Made by a program: the position numbers and the translations under genes. From NCBI RefSeq assembly GCF_006345805.1, contig NC_042998.1, positions 91,016,001 through 91,080,000 on the forward strand: a stretch of DNA of 64,000 nt, read 5' to 3'. Numbering within the stretch: the first letter of the stretch is position 1; each line of letters begins with the position of its first letter. This stretch comes from Octopus sinensis (Eukaryota). The notes beneath the pieces are model-generated. The model searched no databases. It saw only the letters and a list, made by a program, of their open reading frames with translations, and was not told the origin of the DNA. Below are positions 25,392 through 38,314 of this stretch, piece after piece.

Positions 25392-25463
25392 TCTCACTGA
25401 AGAATTCTCCCTGGGCAAATAAATTATCTTTATTGCTGAAAAGAAAGAAACTGCAGTCTGAGA
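25392..25463 (+). ncRNA. Type I hammerhead, unit 1 (GUC cleavage after 25458)
   Basis: UCUCA / CUGAAGA (25397-403) / stem II / GAAAC (25447-51) / UGCA / GUC / UGAGA. Confidence 0.85.
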
Positions 25464-25788
25464 ATTTACCGGTTTAGTAAATGTTTTTATCTTCATTTCA
25501 CTTAATTTATCAAGCTTCTGTATTCCTAGCACATATTTCGCCTTAATGTACTGATATATGAAAAATATATGGCTTGTGTTAGTAATACCAGCGATTATAA
25601 TTATTTTTATTTTATCGCAATTTGATTTGTTTACATATTTCTCGATAAATTATGAGCGCCAGGCGTTATACCAGAATTCCCTAGTGTTGTCGGGACGTTC
25701 GGAGTCTGCGCAGTGATATGATTAGTTAGGAAGAGTAAATCATTAGACGCACATGCTTCTAGTGAGTTAGGATCCCAGAAAAACAGGG

Positions 25789-25860
25789 TCTCACTGAAGA
25801 ATTCTCCCTGGGCAAATAAATTATCTTTATTGCTGAAAAGAAAGAAACTGCAGTCTGAGA
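25789..25860 (+). ncRNA. Type I hammerhead, unit 2 (cleavage after 25855)
   Basis: Identical motif; CUGAAGA at 25794. Confidence 0.85.
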
Positions 25861-26183
25861 ATTTACCGGTTTAGTAAATGTTTTTATCTTCATTTCACTT
25901 AATTTATCAAGCTTCTGTATTCCTAGCACATATTTCGCCTTAATGTACTGATATATGAAAAATATATGGCTTGTTTAGTAATACCAGCGATTATAATTAT
26001 TTTTATTTTATCGCAATTTGATTTGTTTACATATTCTCGATAAATTATGAGCGCCAGGCGTTATACCAGAATTCCCTAGTGTTGTCGGGACGTTCGGAGT
26101 CTGCGCAGTGATATGATTAGTTAGGAAGAGTAAATCATTAGACGCACATGCTTCTAGTGAGTTAGGATCCCAGAAAAACAGGG

Positions 26184-26255
26184 TCTCACTGAAGAATTCT
26201 CCCTGGGCAAATAAATTATCTTTATTGCTGAAAAGAAAGAAACTGCAGTCTGAGA
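26184..26255 (+). ncRNA. Type I hammerhead, unit 3 (cleavage after 26250)
   Basis: Identical motif; CUGAAGA at 26189. Confidence 0.85.
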
Positions 26256-26578
26256 ATTTACCGGTTAGTAAATGTTTTTATCTTCATTTCACTTAATTTA
26301 TCAAGCTTCTGTATTCCTAGCACATATTTCGCCTTAATGTACTGATATATGAAAAATATATGGCTTGTGTTAGTAATACCAGCGATTATAATTATTTTTA
26401 TTTTATCGCAATTTGATTTGTTTACATATTCTCGATAAATTATGAGCGCCAGGCGTTATACCAGAATTCCCTAGTGTTGTCGGGACGTTCGGAGTCTGCG
26501 CAGTGATATGATTAGTTAGGAAGAGTAAATCATTAGACGCACATGCTTCTAGTGAGTTAGGATCCCAGAAAAACAGGG

Positions 26579-26649
26579 TCTCACTGAAGAATTCTCCCTG
26601 GGCAAATAATTATCTTTATTGCTGAAAAGAAAGAAACTGCAGTCTGAGA
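26579..26649 (+). ncRNA. Type I hammerhead, unit 4 (cleavage after 26644)
   Basis: CUGAAGA at 26584; 1-nt deletion in distal stem II. Confidence 0.83.
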
Positions 26650-26974
26650 ATTTACCGGTTTAGTAAATGTTTTTATCTTCATTTCACTTAATTTATCAAG
26701 CTTCTGTATTCCTAGCACATATTTCGCCTTAATGTACTGATATATGAAAAATATATGGCTTGTGTTAGTAATACCAGCGATTATAATTATTTTTATTTTA
26801 TCGCAATTTGATTTGTTTACATATTTCTCGATAAATTATGAGCGCCAGGCGTTATACCAGAATTCCCTAGTGTTGTCGGGACGTTCGGAGTCTGCGCAGT
26901 GATATGATTAGTTAGGAAGAGTAAATCATTAGACGCACATGCTTCTAGTGAGTTAGGATCCCAGAAAAACAGGG

Positions 26975-27051
26975 TCTCACTGAAGAATTCTCCCTGGGCA
27001 AATAAGTTATCTTTATTGCTGAAAAGAAAAGAAAGAAACTGCAGTCTGAGA
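26975..27051 (+). ncRNA. Type I hammerhead, unit 5 (cleavage after 27046)
   Basis: CUGAAGA at 26980; extra gaaaa in the 3' side of stem II. Confidence 0.8.
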
Positions 27052-27267
27052 ATTACCGGTTTAGTAAATGTTTTTATCTTCATTTCACTTAATTTATCAA
27101 GCTTCTGTATTCCTAGCACATATTTCGCTTAATGTACTGATATATGAAAAATATATGGCTTGTGTTAGTAATACCAGCGATTATAATTATTTTTATTTTA
27201 TCGCAATTTGATTTGTTTATATATATATAATATATATATATATAGATATATATATATATATATATAT

Positions 27268-27314
<47 letters not shown>

Positions 27315-27478
27315 ATATAATATATGTATGTATATATATAATGTATGTATATATATATATGTATGTATATATATATGTATGTATATATATATATTATGTA
27401 TGTATGTATGTATTAAAAGTCAGGGTTGGATTATGTTTGCTGTCCACTTTATCATTTGAATAACTTATTTGAATTTTG

Positions 27479-27587
<109 letters not shown>

Positions 27588-27652
27588 ATACATATATATA
27601 CGGACATATACTTGCATAGCAAATGACCTGATCTGAGATCGTGTGCTGATAT

Positions 27653-27721
<69 letters not shown>

Positions 27722-28107
27722 CACATATATATATATATTCTTTTATTCTATTGTGTCTGGGGAGATCATTTTCTTTTTGTGCCTTATAATTTAACACACT
27801 CAGTCACGTTATCTACTCTTATAGGTGTCAGCTATACTTTTCAGTTGGGTGTAGTACATATCAGTGTAAGACGGCAAATTGGCAGAAACAACAGAACATT
27901 GGATTACATGTCTTTACAATATTATTTACTTTAGTTTCTGTATATTATACCATACAATACTGAATCTGAAGTGCAAATCTCAAATCTGGAATGCATTATC
28001 CTTGTAAATCAGTCCAAGTCATTACGAATTGGTTGCATCATCAAGTGTTTGTTTTTCTAAAGATTTTTTCATAACAAAGATCAATATTTCATGCTTTTTT
28101 TTCTAAC

Positions 28108-28168
28108 CGTGAGTATATTTTGGAAAGCGAACATAAAGGTGACACTCGCATCATTGTTCCAAAGATAT
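28108..28168 (-). CDS. Candidate internal coding exon (YLWNNDASVTFMFAFQNILT)
   Basis: Strong acceptor tttcatctttctcttacag|, donor |gttaga, protein-like open frame; product not recognised. Confidence 0.4.
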
Positions 28169-28409
28169 CTGTAAGAGAAAGATGAAATCATTGAAAATTA
28201 ATTTTTGAGAGGTGGGACGACATTGAAGATGTTCGCTCTGCTAAAGGCATGAAATAAGTGGGAATTTAGAAAGAGGGAAGTTCAGACATGTTGGGGTGGG
28301 GGTGGGGGTAAAGAAAAGAAACGAACGCGTTCATCGATAAAAAAAAGTATCCAAACAATATTGGCAGACAGTACATTCAAATGTAATTGCTACAGCCGAG
28401 ACAGTCCGC

Positions 28410-29495
28410 CATGTAAGCCTTATCAGTAGGATAAGATGCTGCTTTGTAAACATAGGCTTATAGCATGACTGATATCCTCACTGTTTGAGAGACATATTAG
28501 GAATAAACTCGTGGTAGATTACAACCATCTTTGGCTAGTTTGACCCTGTTGTGTCAATTTATCTGATTGGTTGACGCAGTTTGTCTCTCTCGACTTATTT
28601 CGCGCCAGTGTGTAAGCCAACCAATCACGGCCTTCGGATAAGATGCTTCATTTGAGCCTACCCCAGGCATTATAAGGCGCCACCATTCACTATTCCAGGT
28701 CTTTGGCTCTAGATCTTCTAAGGTCTAGTCATTGACCACCGAGCTACTCAGCCATGTTCCAGTTCCAGCGACAGACGACCAGCCAGCCAGCCAGCCAGCC
28801 AGCCATGCTCCTGCTCCAGCCATGACGATGCTAACTTACACCAGCGACAGACAGGACGTTCTCCATCTCCGCTACCGTCATCACCATCGTCGTCCTTCAA
28901 CTCTACGTTGTCTTCATCTCCGTCGCCTTCAACAACATGTACACATCAACATCGTCCAGGTTTAGACTCCACGCTGTTTGTGAGTATTTCACCGAGGTAA
29001 AACAGTTCCAGTCTATCTGAAAGAACTTCCTGTATCAAGAGACTCGGCACGGCATTGAAGTCACAAACCGCTGCACGACATGTGCCCAACCGGCAATCTG
29101 CCTCGTGACCCCAACATCCTGTTACAGGACGGTTTGCTATCGTGTACCTCACTTACGAACTGGTAAACTAATTCCATCTTAACTCAATATGCTGAGAGAC
29201 TTATCTTATGCTCTGTATTCTGTTTTATACGCATACACTTTCTGTCGCACACACGAACACACAGACACAAACATGAATGCGCACGCATTCAGACATTACA
29301 CCTTTGCTAGCACCCACACACTCTCTCTTTGTACACTTTGTAAATAAAGTCTTCTCTCTCAAACAGTAGACCGGTTTGTTGTCCCCATTTATTCCTTTTG
29401 GCACTGTATTTTATATCATGTATGTGGCTTCTTATTTTGTTAGGGGCTACCGTGCGGCGTTCAAAAGGAGACATTTGTCACCAACTCCTTACGTA
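28410..29495 (+). mobile_element. Possible solo LTR
   Basis: Begins TGTAAG; CCAAT motifs (~28566, 28621), TATA-like attataag (~28670), AATAAA (29343). No TSD could be confirmed. Confidence 0.35.
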
Positions 29496-31351
29496 CGGTC
29501 GTATTCCCTACAGGCTGAAACACTCTTTCCACGTACAGAGCCATGATCTCACGGGTTAAATAGATATCTCATTAGCAACAGTAGCAATAGCCCAGTATCA
29601 TAACCTTCCTTTCGGATGTAACATTACGTTCATTAAAAGAATTTGGGATCAGCACTGGAACAAAGAACAGAACATAAATATGTTTCCGTGGAGGCATCTT
29701 GTAACACCTGTCATGTTGTTCCTCTCAAAATCCAAATTGATTTTAACCAATATAAAAGTAAAATATCAAATTTATTAAACTACGACAGCTGACACATTTA
29801 TAATAATTTACCACGGAAGCTATCAGTTTATTTAGTCTATACATAAAAGCTTTGTCATTTTCATCGATAGAAAACGAAAAAATGTGACATTGAAACCTTC
29901 ACTAAGGACTTACCAGCATGAGTGAAGTGATTTGCTCACCATTTTTCAATCTATCTTGATGAAATTTTCAACTGAGTAACTACTTCAAGGCAATCACTGT
30001 TCACTATTCTAACCTATACGGCTTCTACACTTAATGTAAGATATTCAAAAGTATAATAACCAGTTTATTAAATACATTCTACATTATAAATTACAAAGTG
30101 AAAATTATATTGTGAATCTTCCAATGAATCTGCTGACAAGTAATAATAAATTTACCAGTTGTAGCCATAGAAATTCCACAATTATTTATAAAATGTAAGA
30201 TGGTTGGAAATGAATAGAGAATCAGGAAATGTATAATTTGTTTTGAAATCGTATTGGTTTAAATCATCTGATACATTAGAGAGACGGTTCTGAGGCCATA
30301 ACGCCACCTGACTATTTAAAAAAAATTATGAGGTAATAAAAACATTATCTCACTTGTGCTCTGGCAGTAGTAATAAGTCTAGCAACAGCAACATATTTAA
30401 ACCGTAAAACAATGCCGTCCAACACAAGCCTAGTGTCGAAGTAGTTGCTAGTCTGTACATATTTGAAAAGTTGTTAGCTCTAAGAAAAAAATTAAATAAT
30501 TAGAACTCTGAATTAGTAAAGAGAAATATTACAGCATTCTATAAAAAATAACTATAATATAGTAAAAAATAATTTTAAAAATCAAATATTGAAAATACAT
30601 TTCATTCTTCTGCTAAACAGGCTTGCAGTCTTTTGGATAGTTAATTGGCAAGCTTCGAGAATAAATCAGCTACTGGACGCAGATCAAAAATGGTATTGTC
30701 ACAGCTGGATCACCAACGATATGTCTTTTCGATATGGCTGAACTGGGACTAAACATCAACAGTATTATCAACAGCACAACTCTTTACTACAGAACACAAT
30801 AACGAACGAACGAGAGAGTTTAAGTGGCCACTCGAATTGCTAGAAATAACAGCAAAATGTTAATCAAACGGAAGGACACATTGGTTAATCAGTCTTAGAA
30901 CACCATGCCTAAAACAACCAGTGAAGTATAATAGTTGGATTTTCAGAAGATGTATTGCAAGACGAGAGATGCGTAATATTGAGCATTAAGAATAATTAGC
31001 AGAAGCACCATAAAGCTAAAGATCAGTGAAAAAGAAAATACCTACGCTGAACTATTGAGAAATCTATAGTTACTCTATCCAGATTACAAGTTCAGGTTTA
31101 AAGCTGTAATTATTTGGGCCCTGGGATATATAACACACTGCTTAAATACCAATCTTGAGAAATTAGGCTTCTCAAAAGCAGAAAGGAGAAAGCTGATTTG
31201 AAGACTACAGATCCAAACCATCACTGGGACTGTAAAAATCTGTAAAACTCTTCAGAACTTTATCATTTAAGTATATATGAATATGTCTAGATATGCAATT
31301 ATATGCATGAGAATACATACATAAAACAAAACATAAAAATCTGAACATATA

Positions 31352-32623
31352 CAGGGGTTGGACAAAATAATGGAAACACCTTATAATTTCAAACAAATTT
31401 ATTTCAATATGGGGTAGGACCGTCTTTGACAGTAATTACAGCTTGAATTCTACGAAGTATGGACTCGTACAAAGTTTGAATTGTTTCCAAAGGAATTTTT
31501 GTTCATTCCCCAGCTTAAACAGTCTCCACTTCTTGTAGTGATGGTAGTGGAGGATATCGACTCCTTGTTTTTCTGAAATGCACCATAAACGTTCAATAAT
31601 ATTAAGACCTTGGGCTATGGTGGCCAGATAAGATGTTCAGCTTCACTAGAATGTTCCTTGTACCATTCAGTAACAACTTTAGCTATGTAAATTAGTGCAT
31701 TATCATCCTGAAAGATTGCGTTTCCCTCCGGAAACAGTTCCGCAACCATAGGATGAATTTGATTAGATAAAATGCTTAAATAGTCTTGACTATTAAGTCT
31801 GCCATGAAGGGAAACCATTGGGCCAGCGGGTTTCCAAGATATAGCCCCCACCCCCCGGTCATCACAGATCCTCCTCCATGTTTAACAGTTGAAAGAAGGC
31901 AGTCTAGGTCAAATGCTTCTTTTGGCTGTCTCCACACGTATACTTGGCCGGTGGTCGGAAATAAGTTAAAGGATGACTCGTCTGAGAAAATAATATTCTT
32001 CCACTGCTCAAGGGACCAATTCTGTAGGTTTTTATTCCACTCTAAACACTTTGCAACGTTTGTTTTTGAAAGTAGTGGTTTTCTGGTTGCAGCCCTCCCG
32101 TGAAATCCGGCATTGTGCAGCTCCCGGCGAACAGTTTTTGTGGAAAGTGGGTTCTCGAGGTGGTCATTAAGCTCTGCAGTAATTTTGGAGCTGTACTTTT
32201 GTGATTCTTTCTAACAATTCACGTAAGAGTCCGACGGTCCCTATCTGAAAGTTTTAGCTTTCTTCTGGAGTTTTGTTTCGACGAGGCGGTTTTTCCCTCT
32301 TTCTCAAAGGCTGTCATTACTTTCGAGACAGTACTTATTGATACACCAAGCATTTCGGCTGTTTTCGTTACGCTAGCGACTGCTATAGAGACACCAACAA
32401 TTCGATCTCTTTGAAAGTCTGATAGATCTGTCATTTAAATCAATTTTAATTACTTTTTTCTGATGATATCTGAAAAGAAACAGCAATTTTAGCAAAACAT
32501 ATTAAGCAACACTAATAATAAATAAAAAAACATAAAAATAATCGAGCTTTTGACGGTTTTATAGATATTTCAAAATTATGATGCTATGATGCTAGGTGTT
32601 CCCATTATTCTGTCCAACCCCTG
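31352..32623 (-). mobile_element. Full-length Tc1-like DNA transposon relic (1272 bp)
   Basis: TIRs caggggttggacaaaataatggaaacacc / ggtgttcccattattctgtccaacccctg, with a TA duplication at each end. Confidence 0.95.
31404..32434 (-). pseudogene. Tc1 DDE transposase pseudogene
   Basis: DLSDFQR HTH region, IFSDES, KHGGGSV, FQDDNA, WPP and ..ERLW motifs; contains stops, frameshifts and a deletion across SPDLNP; ends GPTPY*. Confidence 0.9.
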
Positions 32624-32837
32624 TATATACATACATACATACATACATACATACATACATACATACATACATACATACATACATACATACATACATACAT
32701 ACATGCATGCAAAAATACCCTGTTGTTGATGTTGAAATTCCAATCAAGGAACCTTGGATCTAGGTTAGAAACCGGTTTTTCTCTATTCGCACTAAATCTT
32801 GAAATAAACTGAATAATGACACACACACACACACACA

Positions 32838-32871
<34 letters not shown>

Positions 32872-34780
32872 CATACATACATACATAAGACAGGTGTGAT
32901 ATGAGGGATGATCTGGCTGTTACTATGATTAGCTACCAGGTATACGTTTCGCTCAACCTATCTGTATACATTTGACTGAATTTGTGATTTAGAAGTACAG
33001 ATCTCCAATTTTGTCTGTTTATACCTTAAATATTGGATTAGTGATTGGTCAGTAATATACCATGATCATTTTATGAAAAACATTTGTAACCGATAGCGTT
33101 CTTGTATATTTTTGCTCAGAGTTCCAGCGAGGCAATCACAGTTCAGTGTGATGGTTAGTCATGTATTCTTCAGTTGTTGCTCACAAAATTAGGTAGGCTG
33201 TGTGTGAAAGCTATGACCACACAAAAATTTACACTAGTTTTCAAATATTTTATTAATATACATCGTTTACATTTACAAGCGTACATCTGATAAATAATGT
33301 AATAAAGTACAACGAATATAACAGTTAGGAATCTTTTACAATACACATTGCTAAATAATGTTATGAAAGTAGTGCAAGGAAGTTAAATCACTACATATAA
33401 TTAATATGCGTTACTCGACATCACAAGTTAAGGTTGGTGGTAACATGATTCTACGTCGTAATCAAGTTACATAAGGAAAGTAAGAGAAGAGACCAACGTG
33501 CTAAGACAGAACCATGTGTCAGATTTCTCAAGACAGCTGAGTAACTCCGACCTGAGTTGGAATTTACCAATTTCTATTACTGTAGGCTACCCTTCTAGAA
33601 TCATCGACGAATCTTTTAGGCGGGAAAACTCGTATAGTTCCTTTGAAGTGTGCCGTGTCAACCATTATAAATCAACCAGTGTTGATCGGTTAAGCCATAT
33701 TCACGTAGGTGTTAATACTTTTAGGGTAATACTTATCCTTTTATGTCGATACATTAGGCTGCGGTTCGGACTGAGAAAATCTAAGTGTTATGGTTTTCAG
33801 CAGGATCTTCGCAAGAACTGGTTCACTGTGACTATTATACCAGTATGTGGTTATTATATTAAGATAAATGTTTTCTATAAGACAGTGGTATATCGGAGGT
33901 GTTGTTTACATCTGTAGGATTTCTCCAAGTAAAATAGTAGAATACTGTTTTATATATATAGGACAACTTAGCGCTATGACTGGCTACTTGTGACACAGTT
34001 TCGGTTCTAGCTTGAGCCATTTCGCTTTACTTAACCTTTCCACATATCAGCAATTTTTGGCCTAGAGTCAATAATAGACAGTATCAGGTTAGATTTCCTC
34101 AGACTTACTCTCGAGTATATATATATAGTGATATTGAAATTCATAGTGATATTGATGTACATAAGCGCGCGCACACACACACATTTAGAAGCAAATACAG
34201 AAACACTCATCTCTCTCCTGTGTGTGTGTGTGAATGTGTGTGTGTGTGTGTGTGTATACAGAAACAAATGCATACATTTCTAATATTTCACCGATATATG
34301 TGAGAGACTAAAATCCTTAATTTAGGGAGTTTTAAAATTAATTTTTATATGACTGAGGGCAAAGTTTAGTATTAAAAGCGGCATTAAGTTTAATACCTTC
34401 GTGCCATAAAATGAAAGCAGATTATCAAAATGAAATTTAGCAATTGTGCGCAGTCCTGTACATACTATCTTTCTTGACATTATATTCCTGATGCTCAACT
34501 AGAGCGCTAATTAGTTGTGCTGTATAAGGGGATAATTATCCTATTCATTTCTTCATAATATATATATATAAAAATAAATATAAATATATATATATATATC
34601 CTTTGAAAGTGTTCGCAAATATAATTCAATTGTAGACTGTTTAATCTATTCATATACTTAAACGTTAATTTATTCAATTCGCTAATATAGTGTTGTCTTA
34701 ATTCAGTTCAGTGGTCTAGTTTCAACAATTTATAACTTGTAAGCAAATAAATAAGTAAATAAATGAATGAATATTTATTT

Positions 34781-34996
34781 CTTTACTACCCACAAGGGGC
34801 TAAACACAGAGAGGACAAACAAGGACAGACAAACGGATTAAGTCGATTATATCTACCCCAGTGCGTAACTGGTACTTATTTAACTGACCCCGAAAGGATG
34901 AAAGGCAAAGCCGACCTCGGCGGAATTTGAACTCAGAACGTAACGGCAGACGAAATACGGCTACGCATTTCGCCCGGCGTGCTAACGTTTCTGCCA
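34781..34996 (-). mobile_element. SINE family A, young, 5'-truncated
   Basis: Reverse complement of the 13465-13698 consensus. Confidence 0.85.
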
Positions 34997-35925
34997 TATT
35001 ATAACCCGAATGTGTTTAATTACTTTGTTTCATTACAAAGGCCCAAGTCATGATGGGATGCCCAGGAATAGCGAAGTGGTGGACTCGTTAGAATGGTAGA
35101 TAGAATGCTTCGCAGTTTATGTTCCGTTCCGACTCTGTGAATTCAAATTCCGCTGAGGTTAACTTTGCCTTACATCCCTTCTAGGGTATGGTCGGAGTCA
35201 ATAAAAAAAGTACTTATCCAAGGCGGTGGATTGTAAGAACATTGGGTTAGATGCTTTGTAGTAGTTGTTCCAGCCCTTTGCGTTCTTAGTTCGAATCCTG
35301 CTATTGGCTAACATCAGACACATTGGGTGTCTTTAGCAGAGTCTACTCTGTTGCAAGCATTCGGGTCATGTTTCCGGTTTGAGGATAACTTCCTCCGGTT
35401 TCAAAAGCCGTATAACGTGTCATGGGTATTGCATTCCTTCTGATTAAAAAAATAAAATTTAAAAATCGAACTTGTCTGGCACAACGAAAAAGCAACCAAA
35501 TATGCCGCCGCCAGGCTCTCACCTGTACACCAGCTTATACTGCAGATTGAAAAGAGCCGGCTATGTAAAAACGTCGTCCAGGGTGGACCGTCTCACCACT
35601 CCCCAGCTAGGCTACTAAGCCTAGGGTTAAATAAAAACAACACACAATTTAGAAATCGGTAAAAAAATCCCGAACAAATTGAATTAAATAGCTAATGATC
35701 TTTTTGATACTGTATTTAATTTGTTTTTATTCGTTTACAAAAGCAGTAATGGCTACAAGCTATGTATTTATTTTATGATAAAAATTTTAGTATCAAAAAC
35801 CAACATAGCTTACGCTTCATTAAGTTATTTAATCAAACGAAAAAATTAACTAATTAAAGCAGTTTTATTAATGGCCTTTATATAGATCACAATCTAACGT
35901 TCCCAACTTTGTGTGTAGGCATTAA

Positions 35926-36345
35926 GGCGGCGAGCTGGCAGAAAGGTGAGCTGGGCGAAATGCTTAGCGGTATTTCGTCTGCCATTACGTTCTGAGTTCA
36001 AATTCAGCCGAGGTCGACTTTGCCTTTCATCCTTTCGGGGTTGATAAATCAAGTACCAGTTACGCACTGGAGTCGATGTAATCGACATAATCCCTTTGTC
36101 TGTCCTTGTTTGTCCCCTCTATGTTTAGCCCCTTGTGGGCAGTAAAGAAATAAGAAACGTTTGTATGCCAGGCGAAATGCTTAGCGGTATTTCATCTGAC
36201 TTTACGTTCTGAGTTTAAATTCCGCCGAGGTCGACTTTGCCCTTCATCCTTTCGGGGTTGATACCGGTTGCGTACTAGGGTCGATTTAATCGACAGACCC
36301 CCGCCCCAAATTTTGGGCCTTGTACCTAGGGTAGAAAAGATTATA
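35926..36345 (+). mobile_element. Two tandem SINE-A copies (35926-36154 young; ~36160-36345 older tail subtype)
   Basis: Repeated gcttagcggtatttc...gaggtcgactttgcc cores. Confidence 0.85.
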
Positions 36346-36618
36346 GTTCTTTCGCTGATTTCGATCATTGGACTGAGGCCATGCTAGGGCACAGCCTTGA
36401 AGGGCTTAGTTGATCAAATCGACCCCAGTATTTGTTTTAAGTCAGACACTTATTGTATTGTTCTATTTGGTCGAACTGCAAACCAGCACCGTTGTCAAGC
36501 AGCAAGAGATTAAACACAAAGATGCACGCACACACGTATACGTATACATACATGTGCATGCGTGAGTATATATGTATGTCTCTCTCTCCGCACACACTCA
36601 CACAAACGCGCACGCACA

Positions 36619-36651
<33 letters not shown>

Positions 36652-37586
36652 ACACACACACACACGACTTGGATCCATTTTTGTTCCATCAAATTCACTT
36701 ACACAGATTAGCCAACCCGAGACGACCATAGCAGAAAAGACACTTGCTCAAGGTGCGGCCACACTGTGAGATGTATCAGAGAAGATAGCTTGAATATAGC
36801 TTGCATATAGAACCCCCACTCCATAACATTCATATTTGAAACAATTTTACCTGCCAGATAAGAATGGTGGTCAGTTGAAGAAAAGAGAAAACGCAATGAT
36901 TTTGTACATGCGCATGTGTCTCAATTTATCATATATGCTCTTATTGTTGAGAGCGAGAGAGGTTCAGAGGTTGAACGGGAAAATTCACAAGCCAAAGTTA
37001 TTTACTCATCATTAAAAATAAAATCTTCTTAATTAAGCATGCAATTAATTCTAAAGCAACGAAGAGGAGAGGTGGTAAGTTATTTAAGCTTAAAGAGAAT
37101 ATATAATAAAATATTTGCTACTTGCAACTGTCTGTTTGATAATCTCTCACATCTATTAGGTTCTTTTTTTTTTCCTTTTTTTTTATGTCAGTTAACTATT
37201 TTTCATCATCGTACATAATATAACAACTAACTGTCGGTCGTTACAAATCAAATTGTCTATTTTAGCGACAGCAAATACTTCTTCAATGCGTGAGGTTAAT
37301 ATCATCATCATCATCATCACCACCACCACCACTACCACCACCACCACCACCACCACCATACACCAGCATCACTCACCATCACGACCACCAGCATCATCAT
37401 GACCATCATGACCATCTTCATCAACAACAGCACAAATACACACATATCCACAAAATATTAATTCCACAGCTTTGTACAGAGACTATTCCTGAGAGTAAAG
37501 GGGGTAGTTAATGCGGTTAAGTTTCTGACGTTTCAAAGCATATGCATGTATGCGCGCGCGCGTGTATACATACATACATACACATT

Positions 37587-37657
<71 letters not shown>

Positions 37658-37779
37658 TATACACATATATACATATATGTACGTATATATATACATATAT
37701 ATATACATATATATACATATATAATATACATATATATATATACATATATATATACATATATATATACATATATATATAC

Positions 37780-37824
<45 letters not shown>

Positions 37825-38275
37825 CTCACATATATATATACATACATACAATAAAACAAATGTAATTACATCAATACACTCAAACGAATTATAACATTGA
37901 TTTCTGACATGGAAGACAAAACCCCAAAATTGGTGGGAGGTGGGTTGGAGACGTGAATATTTAAGAAAACCAACCCAACGCTTTACTGGTATTTATTTTA
38001 TCGACTCACGGGAAGAATTCTAAGCGAAAACCAACATTATTAATGTTCGAACTGAGAACGTAAAGAAAGGAAACTAAAATACATTTAGCATTTGATCTGG
38101 CATTCTACTGATTCTACCAGTCTAACTTAAATTATTCTCAATATGTATTAATAAAGTATATTATTATGATATTCATGCATATTGTCAAAAGATATTGGTA
38201 TGCTTCTCTTATGAATTCATCAAAGGAATAACACCATTTGAGGAATTCCCAGAACGTGTGTGTGTGTGTGTGTGT

Positions 38276-38314
<39 letters not shown>

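Larger units (their letters stand above)
25153..27219 (+). mobile_element. Non-LTR retrozyme family R1: tandem array of ~5.2 units of 394-402 bp, each with a type I hammerhead
   Basis: Unit starts (actgatatatg) at 25153, 25550, 25947, 26341, 26736 and 27136. Units are near-identical, differing mainly by 1-5 nt indels. (TA)n on both flanks. Confidence 0.88.

Noticed and set aside
25153-27219. CRISPR array or plain satellite; also a protein-coding repeat (ORFs 26817..27119, 8622..8861, 8446..8637)
   Set aside because: No repeat-spacer alternation. Reading frames are broken by stops and by 1-nt indels between units. Conservation concentrates in the hammerhead, which explains the repeat better.
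30621-30692. Plus-strand exon candidates (30621-30692; also 58933-58993)
   Set aside because: Isolated, weak donors, no homology, and in conflict with the minus-strand candidates.
33498-33917. 139-aa plus-strand ORF in unique DNA
   Set aside because: No ATG start, no recognisable motif and no convincing splice sites; may be decayed coding sequence but cannot be supported.
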